A DNA stretch of 64,000 bases from Chrysomallon squamiferum (lineage: Eukaryota; Animalia; Mollusca), in NCBI GenBank assembly GCA_012295275.1, contig CM022678.1, positions 2,356,001-2,420,000 of the forward strand, written 5' to 3'. This document shows positions 12,565 to 26,336 of this stretch, in pieces; the stretch's first letter is position 1, and the number at the start of each line of letters is the position of its first letter. A program made the position numbers and the translations under genes. The notes below the pieces were generated by a model. The model was not told the DNA's origin and searched no databases. It worked only from the letters and a program-made list of their open reading frames with translations.

Positions 12565-14402
12565 AGTATACCAGGTCAGTGTTAAACTCAGTTGACTGGA
12601 GTGTCTATGTTGAAACAAGAGCAGAGAAAAGAGGTGTTGAACTTTTGAAGAAACATGGTGTTGTGATTGTAGTAGGATGTCCAGGTTCAGGAAAGACAAC
12701 TCTAGCTTTGAGGATGATGAGAGAGATAGAAAAAGAAGAAAAAAGAGAATCTTACTCACTGACTCATCACTATGAATTCAATGACATCTCTCTATTTAGA
12801 AATAAGAAATTTGTTGTTCTCATTGATGACATATTTGGTAAGACTAATCTTGTTTCATATTTTAGAGACTCATGGAAACCGAAATTTATAAAGGTGTGGA
12901 GTCTTGTTCAGGATGGTTCTTTGAAATGTATTATTACTTTAAGAAAACAAATATTTTCAGAAACTAAAACTAGTTTGAAGAAATTTGGTCTGTTTAATGA
13001 GAATCATGTTTTTGATCTCTGTTGTCTGAATTATTATGAAAAGGAACAAATTCTAAACAAATATCTTAAAAAACACAATGTTACCGTGAATGAAAATGGT
13101 AAAAAGACTGTCATTTACAATTCATTTACAGAGTTAGGATTTCCTCAGATGTGTGTGTATTATGTTAATTCAAGTGATGCACAAAAAAGAGGAGTTGAGT
13201 TTTTTAAGAAACCTGTAGAGTATCTCAGACAAGAGCTGGAAAATTTGAAAACTGACAAAACTTTACAGATCAATTATCTGGTTCTACTGTTGATTTTGTT
13301 CAAAGAAGGCAGTCTCAGCATTGATTCACTGGACCCATTTAAAAATGACTCTGACAGTGACATAATGAAATTAATAAGGTTGCTAGAGCAAGTCTGCCCG
13401 AGTCTGAAAAACACTGGTCTTAGAGATATAAAGAAAACAGCTGATGTAATGTGTGGTACCTATTTGAAGTGTTGTGAGAATAAATACACATTTATTCACC
13501 AGTCAGTAATTGACTGTTTGTTTCTGATGTTTTCAGTAGAGTTTTCAAAGAAAGCAGCAGAGTTTCTAGAAGTGAGTCCTGTCTCCATGTTGTTAGAATA
13601 TGTTGTTCAGTGTCGTCTTGGTAAAGGAGCTGATCCTAATCTGAATGCAGATGTTAACCAGAAACTGATTCAACAGTTTGAAGAGGAAATTAAATTAAAA
13701 CTGTGGTCTGATGACAAAACTAGTTTAAATTTGTCCACTTCAGACTCACCTCTCCACATTTCAGTTCTGCGTGGTGACTTAGATATGTTAAAATCACTAA
13801 TAAAGAGAAATGCTGATGTTAACGCAGTAAACAGTGAGGGGAAAACTCCACTTCATGAAACTGTAAAAGCAGTGAAACACAGAAAGGAAGTAGCTTTGTT
13901 GTTACTGCAAAATGGTGCTGATACTAATATAACAGATAAAAAAAATAATTCAGCACTGCACATAGCATCTCAAATTGACATAAAAGTGGTAAAAGAAGTA
14001 GTAAAAAAAGGTGTTCAAATAAATGTAATTAACACTGAAGGTCAAACTCCTCTTTTTTTGTCCTTATACAGTAACAAACCAGAAATAACTTCATACTTAC
14101 TGAAACATGGAGCTGATCCTAATTTAACAGACATTCATAACAATTCTGTTTTACACTTAGCAGCTGAACATGGAAATCTAAAAATTGTGAGAGCACTGAT
14201 TGAAAAAGGAGTTGATGTAAATATTAAAAACGGTCAAGGTGAAACTCCTCTTTTTACAGCTGTTAAGTATGAACATTGCAAAGTAGTTTTGTATTTACTG
14301 GAACATGGAGCTGATCCTCATTCAAAAGACAATGATAACAATTCTATTTTACATTTAGCGGCTAAGCATGGAAATAGAAAATATTGTGACAGCTCTGATT
14401 GA
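12565..14402 (+). CDS. Type-B gene B1 main exon: STAND NTPase (nSTAND3-like) + ankyrin repeats; NLR-like receptor, probably partly decayed
   Basis: Acceptor atgcag|12565, phase 1, in frame with ORF 12579. YVETRA, Walker A VIVVGCPGSGKTTLA (12675-12698), Walker B VVLIDDIFGK, sensor-1-like CIITLRKQIF, GFP motif, then about 6 ANK repeats. Has an in-frame deletion at 13600 relative to B2 and a +1 frameshift near 14378. Confidence 0.85.
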
Positions 14403-14920
14403 AAAACATGTTGATGTAAACATTATAAACAGAAGTGGTGACACTCCTCTTTTTACAGCTATCAAGTATGGGCAGAACAAAGTAGTTTTGTACTTACTGG
14501 AAAATGGAGCTGATCCTAATTTAAAAGACAGTGATGAAAATTCTGTTTTACACATAGCAGCTATACAAGAAAATCTAGAACTTTTGACAGCACTGATTGA
14601 AAAAGAATTTGATATAAATGTTAGAAACAGTAAAGGTGAAACTCCTCTCTTCACAGCTCTGAATTACTACAAATATGATTTTTACAAGCACCCACCAGCT
14701 GTGTACTGTCGTAATAATGAAGTAATTTTGTATTTACTGGATCATGGAGCTGATCCTAATATAACAGACAATGATAACAATTGTGTTTCCCAACGAGCAG
14801 CTTATTGTGCAAATCTAACAATTATGAGAAAACTAACTGAATGAGGTGTTGATGTAAATGTTATTAATTCCAGTGAAAAAACTCCTATTGATATAGCTAA
14901 CAGTTGCAGATTTCATCCGT
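14368..14920 (+). pseudogene. Frameshifted C-terminal ankyrin repeats of B1
   Basis: ORF 14368-14844 continues the ANK array in another frame. TGA 14842-14844 interrupts the conserved EKGVDVN, and homology continues (GVDVNVINSSEKTPIDIA). Confidence 0.8.
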
Positions 14921-16065
14921 AACAAGGAAATTGTCTTTACTGAATGCTAAAGATGGTAAGAGATGAATAGATTTTCATATAAAACCCCTGAACTTTTCAG
15001 TTTTGATATAAATGTACACAGACTGTCACTTTTAAGTGGAAGATTACCTGGTGAGAATCTTTTACAGTTGAAATAAAATATTTGTTCATGAAATTAAAGT
15101 TCAGTTGAATAATTGCTGAGAATATCTTAAAATTGTGCAGAAATATTTATTTATAAAAGTGATGTTCATAAAAAAAAAAAAAAAAAAACCAGACAGATGT
15201 TGACAAGATATCTGAATTTGTTTTGTAATTTCTGTGGTACAAAGTTGATCAGAATTTTCAACTTCATCCTGAAATACATTGATTTCTGACATAGTTTCAT
15301 TTTGGACTGCTTCATTTGTACTTATTTTTAATATAATGTTGTATTTATGTGTGTGTTAAATAAAATGTAGAGTTTTAACTTTTCAATTCAGAAGTGTAAT
15401 TACTGACACATTAGCCAGACCACATTTCCAAAATAAAATTTGTAAACAAATCGTGTTGAAGAATAAAAGCCAGTATAAGTTTGTGTAACTATATGGCTGT
15501 GTTGTCTGGTGTATATCTAAATACTGTAAATTGTTTCGATTCAGATATTACTTAGTGTGTCCTCTGCTATTTCTATTCTAATATTGTATTCATGCATGGT
15601 GTAGTTTTTGTTTCCATACAAGTGTTGTATTGCCATATTTTATTATTTATTGTGTCTATTAAATGCTGTATTATTGTTATATAGTCTTCTGTTTCTATTC
15701 AAATATTTAGCTGTCGATTGTATTTATATGTAACAAGAAATATTATAATACTGTGTATGTTTATGAAATTTTAACTTGATTTTTTCTTTTCACTGAAATA
15801 CTTTGGGAGATTTATTGCACATTTCAATTTAAAAAAGTGTTAAGATATCTTAGGATTGCCAATAATAAAACATAATACAACAGTACTAATACTGATGTTA
15901 ATTTTGATCAGGTTATTCAGTCAGTGAAAAGTCAGAAAGTATTATAATGTTTAATGTAAGATTTTTATATATTTTTTTTTACAAAATGTTTGTTTCTTTT
16001 TCTTGTTTTTAATAAATACATTTTTATTTTTTCATAAAATGTAATTTTTTAATTTTATATATATA

Positions 16066-16273
16066 CAGGGGGTGCAAAAGAAGATACACAGTTATGAAAA
16101 AAAAAAACACTTACAATACTCATGACATTTATTATTAAAACAAAAAAGCTAATATAGAAATACAAGCATTTTTATTAATTTAAATAAAATGTGGTTAATG
16201 ACACTCAAAATAAGAAAAATGAATTTAATGTGCTACTAAAGCCACTGATGTGATACCACTTTTGCAACCCCTA
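16066..16273. mobile_element. Tc1/mariner-type MITE (about 208 bp)
   Basis: TIRs CAGGGGGTGCAAAAG (16066-16080) and CTTTTGCAACCCCTA (16259-16273) match 13/15; TA on both flanks. Confidence 0.65.
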
Positions 16274-17330
16274 TAGATACTGAAGACTGTACTTTTATTG
16301 TTAGTTTCATTTGTTTTATTGTCATACAAAAGAAAGCACCAGCAATTTTTTTGATTTATGTTATTAATGATGTAATGCTTACATTTGACAAAATTATCAT
16401 TAGAAAATAGAGTAACACAATTAATAAAGAAAATTTAAGTTTTCATTGTTAATACATTTTGTCTGCATTTATATAGTTAATAGAAAACAGTGCACAGTAA
16501 TGTACAGTATTCATATTTTGATCCACTTCTTTCGTTTTGTTAGTAGTAGTAATAGTAGTATTTTTATTGTAGATAGTTAGGAAACTGTTCAGAGTATTAC
16601 ACTGTCAAAGTTTTCATTAAGAAACACTAAATAATCAGTAAAGTAAATATTAAGTTTAAGATAAGAATATTATTGTTTAATAATGCTTATATATATAGAT
16701 AGATAGATAGCTAGATAGATAGATATAATCTGTTAAATAATTATAATCCAATAATTAATAAAGTTAATGTAATTTTTAAAGTAGGAATATTTTTAGCTAA
16801 TAATGTTTACATTTATCTGTTTAATGATTCTAAAATAGTTAATAATTAATCAAGTAAATTTAAGTTTAAATTAGGAATATTTTATTTAAATATTTTCATT
16901 TTTATATTTAATAATTGCAAACTTGTCAATAATTAGTAAAGTAAATGTAAGTTTAAATTAGGAATATTGTTTATTTAACAGTGTTTTCATTTATCTCTTT
17001 GACACTAAACTATGAGTTTGAAATTAAACTGATTTAATTTGTGTCACAAAATTTTAATACTATTATTTTATTTGTAGATAACTTGTATCAAATTACTTTT
17101 TTGTGATGAATTATGATTATTAGTACTAAAAACTATTTTGAGGAATGTATTGGACTTTGTATTACACTGATAGGTTGTATACATTTGTTTTATTATTTAT
17201 TTATTTATTTATTTATTTATTATTATCATCATCATCATCATCATCATCATTATTATTATTATTTATTGTTAGTATTATTATTATTTATTGTTAGTATTAT
17301 TATTATTTATTATTATTATTATTATTATTA

Positions 17331-17366
<36 letters not shown>

Positions 17367-17521
17367 AAATTATTTAGAGGAATGTATTGGACTATACATT
17401 ACATTGAAGGATTATTTTGTATATCTTTTAATTTTTTTTAGTTTTTTTTATTTATTTGTTGTTATTTGGGTATCTATATCTATTTAATCATTAGAACACA
17501 CTGAATCAATTTATATAGCAA

Positions 17522-17552
<31 letters not shown>

Positions 17553-18202
17553 TATCTTTTTTTCTTATTTAATTTGTATGGTAGAATGTTTTTATTACCT
17601 TTATTTTGTATCAACGAACTTTAGATCAATCTTTAACTTACTCTTTTATAATTAACTGCATATTTAGTTATTGGATTGTTTCTCATTTGTTACACATCCA
17701 GTTGTTACAGTCAGTTTGATGGTTTATTAAGCCAACTCCAATAACAATAGTGTAATAGTCACCAGTGACCAAGTGTTTTTCATTTTATTCAGTTACAAAC
17801 TGCAATGATAATAAAGAATTGAATTAAAAAAATTCAGAATACAACAACAACAACAACAACAACAATAATAGCAAGAAAGAAAGAAAGAAGAAAAAACCTA
17901 ATTTTTATATAGCTGAGACATGTTAATGTATTTTTATATACTTTATGTAGCACAATAAGTTTATCTACGACTGTCACAAAAAGCAGCAAATCAGTTTAAC
18001 AAAATACTTGGGTTGGTTGGCTGTGCAAGTCACGTGATTGAGGGGTTGTCTTAAGCTTTTGTTTTTGTTGGGATTAGTGACAACGAAAATTAATCAACTT
18101 TCCAGTATCATTGGTAATCAAACTGCTTTTAATTGCTTTGTGTTTGGTTTTTTGTTTTGACTTCTGGTATATTGCAATAGAGATTAATTGCTTAATTATT
18201 CC

Positions 18203-18796
18203 CTAAGCTAATTGTGTCACAACTGGAAGATGAGTCTATTATTGTATGCTAGGTAACTAAGCTAATTGTGTCACAACTGGAAGATGAGTCTATCATTGTA
18301 TGCTAGGTAGCTAAGCTAACTGTGTAACAACTGGAAGATGAGTCTATTATTGTATGCTAGGTAGCTAAGCTAACTGTGTAACAACTGGAAGATGAGTCTA
18401 TTATTGTATGCTAGGTAGCTAAGCTAATTGTGTAACAACTGGAAGATGAGTCTATCATTGTATGCTAGGTAGCTAAGCTAACTGTGTAACAACTGGAAGA
18501 TGAGTCTATTATTGTATGCTAGGTAGCTAAGCTAACTGTGTAACAACTGGAAGATGAGTCTATTATTGTATGCTAGGTAACTAAGCTAATTGTGTAACAA
18601 CCAGAAGATGAGTCTATTATTGTATGCTAGGTAACTAAGCTAACTGTGTAACAACTGGAAGATGAGTCTATTATTGTATGCTAGGTAACTAAGCTAATTG
18701 TGTCACAACTGAAAGATGAGTCTATTATTGTATGCTAGGTAACTAAGCTAATTGTGTAACAACTGGAAGATGAGTCTATTATTGTATGCTAGGTAG
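18203..18796. repeat. 54-bp minisatellite, 11 copies
   Basis: Unit ctaagctaattgtgtcacaactggaagatgagtctattattgtatgctaggtaa, nearly identical head-to-tail copies with no spacers. Confidence 0.95.
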
Positions 18797-19219
18797 AGGG
18801 CATCTGATTACCAATTTGGTCATGAATTGTGTTTTTATAAGGCGTGTGACAAATGGATGTGTACAAAATGGGATGATACTGATAAGAGAACCACTTGATT
18901 GTGAAAGTCCATTAAATTGCTAATGTTTTAAAATAATAATTAAATTTCATAAAACTAATGAAAGATATAATAAACATTATTAATATGTTTGTGTGTGTGA
19001 CCAATATAATCTTGTTAAATAAGTAAATACTAAATTTGAATTTTGTTTAATTGAATTAGTTCAGAATTTACTGTATCACTAATTTCTTTAAGATTTTTAT
19101 TGTATATATATTCTAATGGTAATTATTATTAGTATTATTAGTATTATTATTAGTAGTAGTAGTATTATTAGTAGTATTATTATTAGTAGTATTATTAATA
19201 TGGAGTGTATTGTAATTAA

Positions 19220-19261
<42 letters not shown>

Positions 19262-19655
19262 GTATCATTATTAATACGGAGTGTATTGTAATGCCATTAA
19301 CAGTTATAATAAATATGCTTTATAAATGGTAATTGCTTTTGTTTTCTTTATCAGATGAAGTATATTTAAAAAACAAAACCACACTGCAGTGGAATAATTC
19401 AGTGTACGAGTTCAGCCTGACTTTCACTAGTGACACTGAATTACACACCAGCGTCTCTGCTAACTCTGCTAATGGAATCTTCCATGCAAGTAAATTGTGG
19501 AATGTCCTAACAAAACACAGACCCAGTTTATTATGTTAATTTCCTCATAAAAAGTAAATTAGTCATGTAATGTTTGACATGTTTTAGTGTAGATTCTCTA
19601 GGTTTGGGGTGGAATGCAATATTTGTTATGTTTCAATCTATTTTCTTAGGAATTA

Positions 19656-20610
19656 GGGTAGAGTATGATAAATGTAATGTTTGGTGTATTTCAGTGTATA
19701 TTCTCTAGGTTGGGGTAGAGTATGATAAATATAATGTTTGGTATATTTCAGTGTATATTCTCTAGGTTGGGGTAGAGTCTGATAAATGTAATGTTTGGTA
19801 TATTTCAGTGTATATTCTCTAGGTTGAGGTAGAGTATGATAAATGTAATGTTTGGTATATTTCAGTGTATATTCTCTAGGTTGGGTAGAGAATGACAAAT
19901 GTAATGTTTGGTATGTTTAAGTGTATATTCTCTAGGTTGGGGTAGAGTATGATAAATGTAATGTTTGGTATATTTCAGTGTATATTCTCTAGGTTGGGGT
20001 AGAGTCTGATAAATGTAATGTTTTGTATGTTTCAGTGTATATTCTCTAGGTTGGGGTAGAGTATGATAAATGTAATGTTTGGTTTTCAGTATATTCTCAG
20101 TCTATATTCTCTAATGGTTGGGGGGGTAGAGTCTGATAAATGTAATGTTTGGTATATTTCATTTATTCTCTAGGTTGGGGTAGAGTCTGATAAATGTAAT
20201 GTTTTGTATGTTTCATGTTATTCTCTAGGTTGGGGTAGAGTATGATAAATGTAATGTTTTGTATATTTCAGTGTATATTCTCTAGGTTGGGGTAGAGTCT
20301 GATAAATGTAATGTTTGGTATATTTCAGTGTATATTCTCTAGGTTGGGGTAGAGTCTGATAAATGTAATGTTTGGTATATTTCAGTGTATATTCTCTAGG
20401 TTGGGGTAGAGTATGATAAATGTAATGTTTGGTATATTTCAGTGTATATTCTCTAGGTTGGGGTAGAGTATGATAAATGTAATGTTTGGTATGTTTCAGT
20501 GTATATTCTCTAGGTTGGGGTAGAGTATGATAAATGTAATGTTTGGTATATTTCAGTGTATATTCTCTAGGTTGGGTAGAGTATGATAAATGTAATGTTT
20601 GGTATGTTTC
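19656..20610. repeat. 57-bp minisatellite, about 17 copies
   Basis: Unit gggtagagtatgataaatgtaatgtttggtatatttcagtgtatattctctaggttg. Confidence 0.95.
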
Positions 20611-21383
20611 AAGCTGGTTGCTCTGGGACTAAAGTGGGAATGATGATTCCAAACAGCAGCATAGAAAACAACATATTCATCAATCCAAGTATATTTAATG
20701 TGTTGGTAAAGAAATAAATAAATAATATATATATATAATGTTTTTATTACATATATATACTCAGTCAATATATATTAAATAAAATGTTCTTATTACATAT
20801 ATATATATAATAAGAACATTTTATTAAATATATATTGACTGAGTTGAACGTACAGTTTCTGTGAGTTTTGTGTTACTTGTAGCCAGGTATTTCAGACTGA
20901 TGTCACTCACAGTACAGCACCTCAGCAATCAGGTCTTTCTCCTGTTTTTATATCTGCTTCCACATTCCTTGCGAAAAACCCCATAACAAAATTCAGATAA
21001 GAAAATGTTTCCCGAAATGTTGGCTGTTGACAGTACATCATGCAGTAGGTTGTTATAAACAGAGTTCACTGTAATATCTTTAGTCTGCATAAAAACAAGC
21101 TTAATTATTTTGTCTGTAGAATAAAACATCACACTCTCTGGAATCTTTCAGAAGAAAATATAATCTCTTATGTTTGTGTAAAAACTAGAATCTCTTTCAA
21201 GTGTCAAAAAAAAGAAGAAAAAGACAACAACAGTATAATGTGTTTAGTCTGTTTTTATTTTGGTTTCAGTGTGCATTAAGATTAAATAATTATATGAAAT
21301 ACTACATATCTATACACAGTGACATAAATCAAAATACTCTTTAACACACACCTATACAATAATCCTTTAAAATGCTCGTTGAC

Positions 21384-21384
<1 letters not shown>

Positions 21385-21462
<78 letters not shown>

Positions 21463-21495
21463 GAATAAGAATAAGAATAAGAATAAGAATAATAA
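21385..21495. repeat. (TAA)n / (AAGAAT)n microsatellite
   Basis: Direct reading; source of the poly-Y and poly-I ORFs. Confidence 0.9.
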
Positions 21496-22246
21496 TATAT
21501 GTACTCCACATCTGGTACTTTCTACACCTAGAGTAACACACTTTAATTATCAACACAAACACACAAACAAAAGTACATTAAATACTTGCTAAGTCAGATG
21601 TATGTTAAAATGCTGACTAACTTTTACTGAACAAAATACATTAAAACTATCACAGACATAAACAAAGCAACCACTAAGAATATCTTCATTAACCTTGATG
21701 AAGAATTTAACAAAATTTCTCTTTATTAATTGAAATTATTGATAGGAGGAAGGAAATATAAATAATTCTGTTATGGAATGATTCCTGTCATGTTTTCTCA
21801 GTGGTTGAGAGGGTGTGGCTTATGTGCTGTATAGTGTGTTACAAAGAAAGCAAGCTATAATTGCTTTTTCAAAATTATTTTTTTATTTTTTTATTTTATG
21901 GTTTTATAAAATCAGGTACCAATACAGTGAAAATAAATTGAGTGGGTCTTGACAGCTATTGTGCAAAGAAAGAAATTGTTGTTATTGCTATTATTATTAT
22001 TGTTATTGTTATTATTATTATTATTATTATTGTTATTATTATTATTATTATACTTGAGTTATTATACTTTTTTCTTTTCTCATTCTGTATGGCTGTTTTC
22101 CCCTCACACTTCAGTGTGTATGCATGTGTGTATGTGTGTGTTTGTATTCTAATATAAAATGAACTAAATATTAAGTATATATGTATATAAGTATGCAAGC
22201 ATGTATGTATATATGTATGTATGTATGTATGCCTGTATCTATATTT

Positions 22247-22249
<3 letters not shown>

Positions 22250-22322
<73 letters not shown>
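22250..22322. repeat. (CT)n microsatellite
   Basis: Direct reading. Confidence 0.9.
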
Positions 22323-22328
<6 letters not shown>

Positions 22329-23291
22329 ATGTGTGTGTATGGATGTGTCTGTGTGTATGTGTAAAGAAAGTGACCATGTTTTCATTCATGAAGGGGAAGT
22401 AACTTTACTGTTCCTACAGACGATTTCAGTTAATAAATAAAAATAATAATAAAAAGAAAATTAAAAAAAAGTTAAAATAAAAGATTATATATATAATAAT
22501 AAAAGCATTGTATGTCTAAAGGGAAAAATTATTTTATTTAATATTAGCTGTTTCTGGTATCATAGACAGAGAAATACAGACTGTGTTTTCAGGTCAATGC
22601 AAGGTATTTCATATAAATATTGAAAACAGTTAAATAAACATAACAATTTACAAACTACAAGCAGAGTGATGAATAAAACCTGGACCCAACCTGGGACTTG
22701 CTTTGAAAACTTGTCTTGTTTCTGTACATTCTACAGCTATAATACTAAAGTATATTTTAGAATTTTGTTTGAAACAATAAATAAATAAATAAATAAACAA
22801 ACAAATGTGTGTTACTGTGTGTGTGTGTGTGTGTCTGATAAAAACATTTTATTTAATATTTAGAGTATCTTGTATCAGAGACAGAGAAATACAAGTTGAT
22901 TTTTCAAGTCAGTGTAAGGTATTTGATGTAAATATTGAAAACAGTTATACTAATTTACAAACTGCAACCAGAGTGAAAAGTAATTTTGAATAAAACCTAG
23001 ACACAACCTCAGTCTAGTTTTGAAAATTAAACATAACATTTAAGTATATTTTAGAATTTTAACTAACAGTCATGCCCTTATTGTTTTATTATAGTGAAGT
23101 ATGTATACAGGTATGTGTCTTTATTTGCTTGTGTGTGTGTGTATTTCTGTATGTATGTATGTGTTAGTAATTTAAACAAATACAATATTTACTTATTTAT
23201 AATTCAGTTTAATTCATCTTTAAACTTTAGGTGAGTGCATATTATTAAACATTGTACATATTTTATTTCATTTTATTATTATTATTATTAT

Positions 23292-23326
<35 letters not shown>

Positions 23327-24963
23327 ACATTTTATCACAATACTATATTATATTTTTTCATATAATTTGATATATTTATTATTATAAATAAAATAAAAGT
23401 TAAAAGAAAATACATTATTTAGAGAATTTTATAACACAGAATGGATGTAAATCAATATGTTGAAATATTAGCCACAGGAAGAATTAAATGTGTATCACTA
23501 AATGCTATGAACGATAAAGAATCTGATAAACTTTGCACTAACACGTCACTAAATATTTCTATTAATACCTAACAGATTTCCTCTTCGTGTGCTTACTCGT
23601 CATAACAGGTGTATCACTGATCATAGTTTTGTGTACGTTTAAATATTTTATTTAATCGTCTGGACTGTGTGATAAATTATTGCATTTGGATGTGTGTATA
23701 TATCGGTGTGAGTGTAATAATATTGTTACCGGTGAAAGCAGAAAAAATAAATTATCTATCGTTTATTATTTTCGTTTACGTTTCTATTTGATTAATATTG
23801 TTATGTCATTATTATTATTATTATTATTATTTGTTTATTTATTTATTTATTTTTCTCATTTTGCCATTTTCACGAAGAAATGGTGTTAGAACTGAATTTC
23901 ATTTAATCTTATATTACAGGTGCTTTGATTTTGATAGTGGAATTATACTAAAGAAAACGGATATTCTCTTAGAAAAGGAGCTCTCTTTTTAAGAGGAAGT
24001 TTAATGAACACTTTGTAATGGCAGCTTCCATGTGGTAAAACTTTTTGTGAAGTACAAATCGTTATCGAACGATTATGTCAGATGATACGAGAGGAATAAC
24101 TGGTCCTGAAGTTACATTAAACTGACTGAATTCGACAGAGCTGCTATGATGGGTGACGCAGTGATAATTAAAACCACAGCTCTTTGAAATAATGAAAATC
24201 GTTGGATCATCATCATTTATTTTATTAAATATTAAAAATAATGTTATATTTCTTTCAATTTTCAAAAGTTAAATACCAGTGTTTAAGTGTTCAAGAATAT
24301 GGACGTAAAGCTGAAGAGGTTCGACCTTTGTGTAAGTTAATTTATTTATATTATTTTTAATTGTGTATAAATTATTATATTAAATACATTTTTTGGTTTC
24401 CAGTTCGTAGTTGGAAATAAACTATAAAGTCATCAAAAGTTCTCAGAAATCTGAACTAGATTCATATACTTTTGAAATCAAATCAAGAATTACTTAAAAT
24501 TGAAACGTATTTGTAAATTGTCCAGTATTTGTACTTATTTAAGTCGTTAATAAATCCGTAAAATCGTGAATTGTTTTTATTTGTTTGCATATTTCAAAAA
24601 GTTTTGTTAATATACCTGTCCTTGTCCTACTATTTTCCTGTGCCATAGACGATGCACATAAAATATTTTTTAAAAACAAGATTAGCCACTGCATTAAGAC
24701 TGTGAGTTTTCTCTTTCACTACTTTTGTTTCTGACAACACTGTATAATGAGTACTAGTATTTGAATTTACCTGTATTGTATAATATGTATCTTTGGCTTC
24801 CAGGTAAATCTTTGGCCTCCAGCCTACATGTATAACTAGTATTTGAATTTACCTGTTTTATGGTCTATGCTTGCAGGTGAATCTGTGGCTTGGCTTATGA
24901 ATTTACCTGTGTTACACAGTTTATAGGTGTGGCTTACAGGTAAAACTGTATAACCTGTTCAGT

Positions 24964-25449
24964 ACTGTTACACCTGTACAGGTTTTGTTTTGTTCACACA
25001 GGTACACGTGAAGTGTTAAGGAAGGAAGACTTCAGCATGAAGGGACAGCTGACCTGTACAACACTGTTACACCTGTACAGGTTATGTTTTGTTCACACAG
25101 GTACACGTGAAGTGTTAAGGAAGGAAGAGTTCAGCATGAAGGGACAGCTGACCTGTACAACACTGTTACACCTGTACAGGTTATGTTTTGTTCACACAGG
25201 TATGGGCCACGTGAAGTGTTAAGGAAGGAAGACTTCAGCATGAAGGGACAGCTGACCTGTACAACACTGTTACACCTTTACAAGTTTTGTTTTGTTCACA
25301 CAGGTATGGGCCATGTGAAGTGTTGAGGAAGGAAGACTTCAGTATGAAGGGACAGCTGACCTGTACAACACTGTTACACCTGTACAGGTTTTGTTTTGTT
25401 CACACAGGTACGGGCCATGTGAAGTGTTAAGGAAGGAAGGGACAGCTGA
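24964..25449 (+). repeat. 99-104-bp tandem repeat (about 5 copies) containing a splice-acceptor-like site
   Basis: Units start at 24964, 25063, 25162, 25266 and 25370; each contains ttttgttcacacag|gta. Confidence 0.9.
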
Positions 25450-25779
25450 ACTGCGAGTTCAAGTTTGCAACGTTTTCCTACAGACAACGTCGACAACACC
25501 AGCAAGACAGCGAGGAGAAAGACTACTCACTTCAAATCCTGGAAGCTCTTGAACCAACTGTCTGTCTGGTGAGTGTGTGTGTCTGTCTGTCTGTCTGGTG
25601 AGTGTATGTCTCTGTCTGTCTGGTGAGTTTGTATGTCTCTGTCTGTCTATTTGTTATAATTTATAAACTAATATATAATTTAACCTTAATCATAAAAACA
25701 CTGATTGTATAATAATCTAAAAAATAATGATGGCAGAAACTTAAAACAAAATAGATTGACCGTTTTGTTGCACACTTTA

Positions 25780-26336
25780 CTTTATGAATTTTCTTTTTTC
25801 ACTGAGAAAAACTGATGCATTTGTTATTATTTGTGTCCACACTAAATAAAAACTAAAAATACAAGTCTAAATGATTTCCTGTGCTTTAAAGTAGTTGTAT
25901 TACAGGTTTGTTCTTCCATTCGTGCTGAATACTTTGTTTCAGTTGATCAATGGTCCTAGGTTGATTAGCATAAACTGCACTTTTGAGAACTCCCCATAGA
26001 AAGAAATCAGGTGTTGTCAGATCCAGGGATCTTGCAAGTAATTCTTAATAACGAAGATACATTCGTTTAAATCTAAAGTTCTTCGCTGCATTTTTAAGAG
26101 GGTACCATTTCAAGTCAAACCATGGAGAGTCCAGTAGCGCATGCTAAAACAGAAGTCTCGATCACAAAGAACACTACAATCAGGTAACAAAAATCATTCC
26201 AAAGACTACTACTGACAGAAGTAAATGAATAGTTCAAAAGATAACATAAAATGACGTAAAATATGGAATTAAATTTGTTATTTTTAATATCTAATTTTAT
26301 TTAAGTTTGTAGTTCAGTTAATTTTGGGACACCCTG
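25780..26336 (-). mobile_element. Internally deleted Tc1/mariner DNA transposon remnant
   Basis: Minus strand about 26036-25890 reads ARSLDLTTPDFFLWGVLKSAVYANQPRTIDQLKQSIQHEW, matching the mariner-type C-terminal PxRSPDLxPxDFFLWG motif. TIR-like CAGGGTGTCCCAAAA ends at 26336 next to TA. Left boundary approximate. Confidence 0.8.

Noticed and set aside
18203-20610. CRISPR-like regular repeats
   Set aside because: Head-to-tail units with no unique spacers, no cas genes and a eukaryotic context; these are minisatellites.
23440-24330. Faint ankyrin-like phrases (MDVNQYVE, CNGSFHVVKLFV, AAMMGDAVIIK) with possible splice sites
   Set aside because: Many stops and no clear similarity to the cluster family; too degenerate to call without an HMM search.
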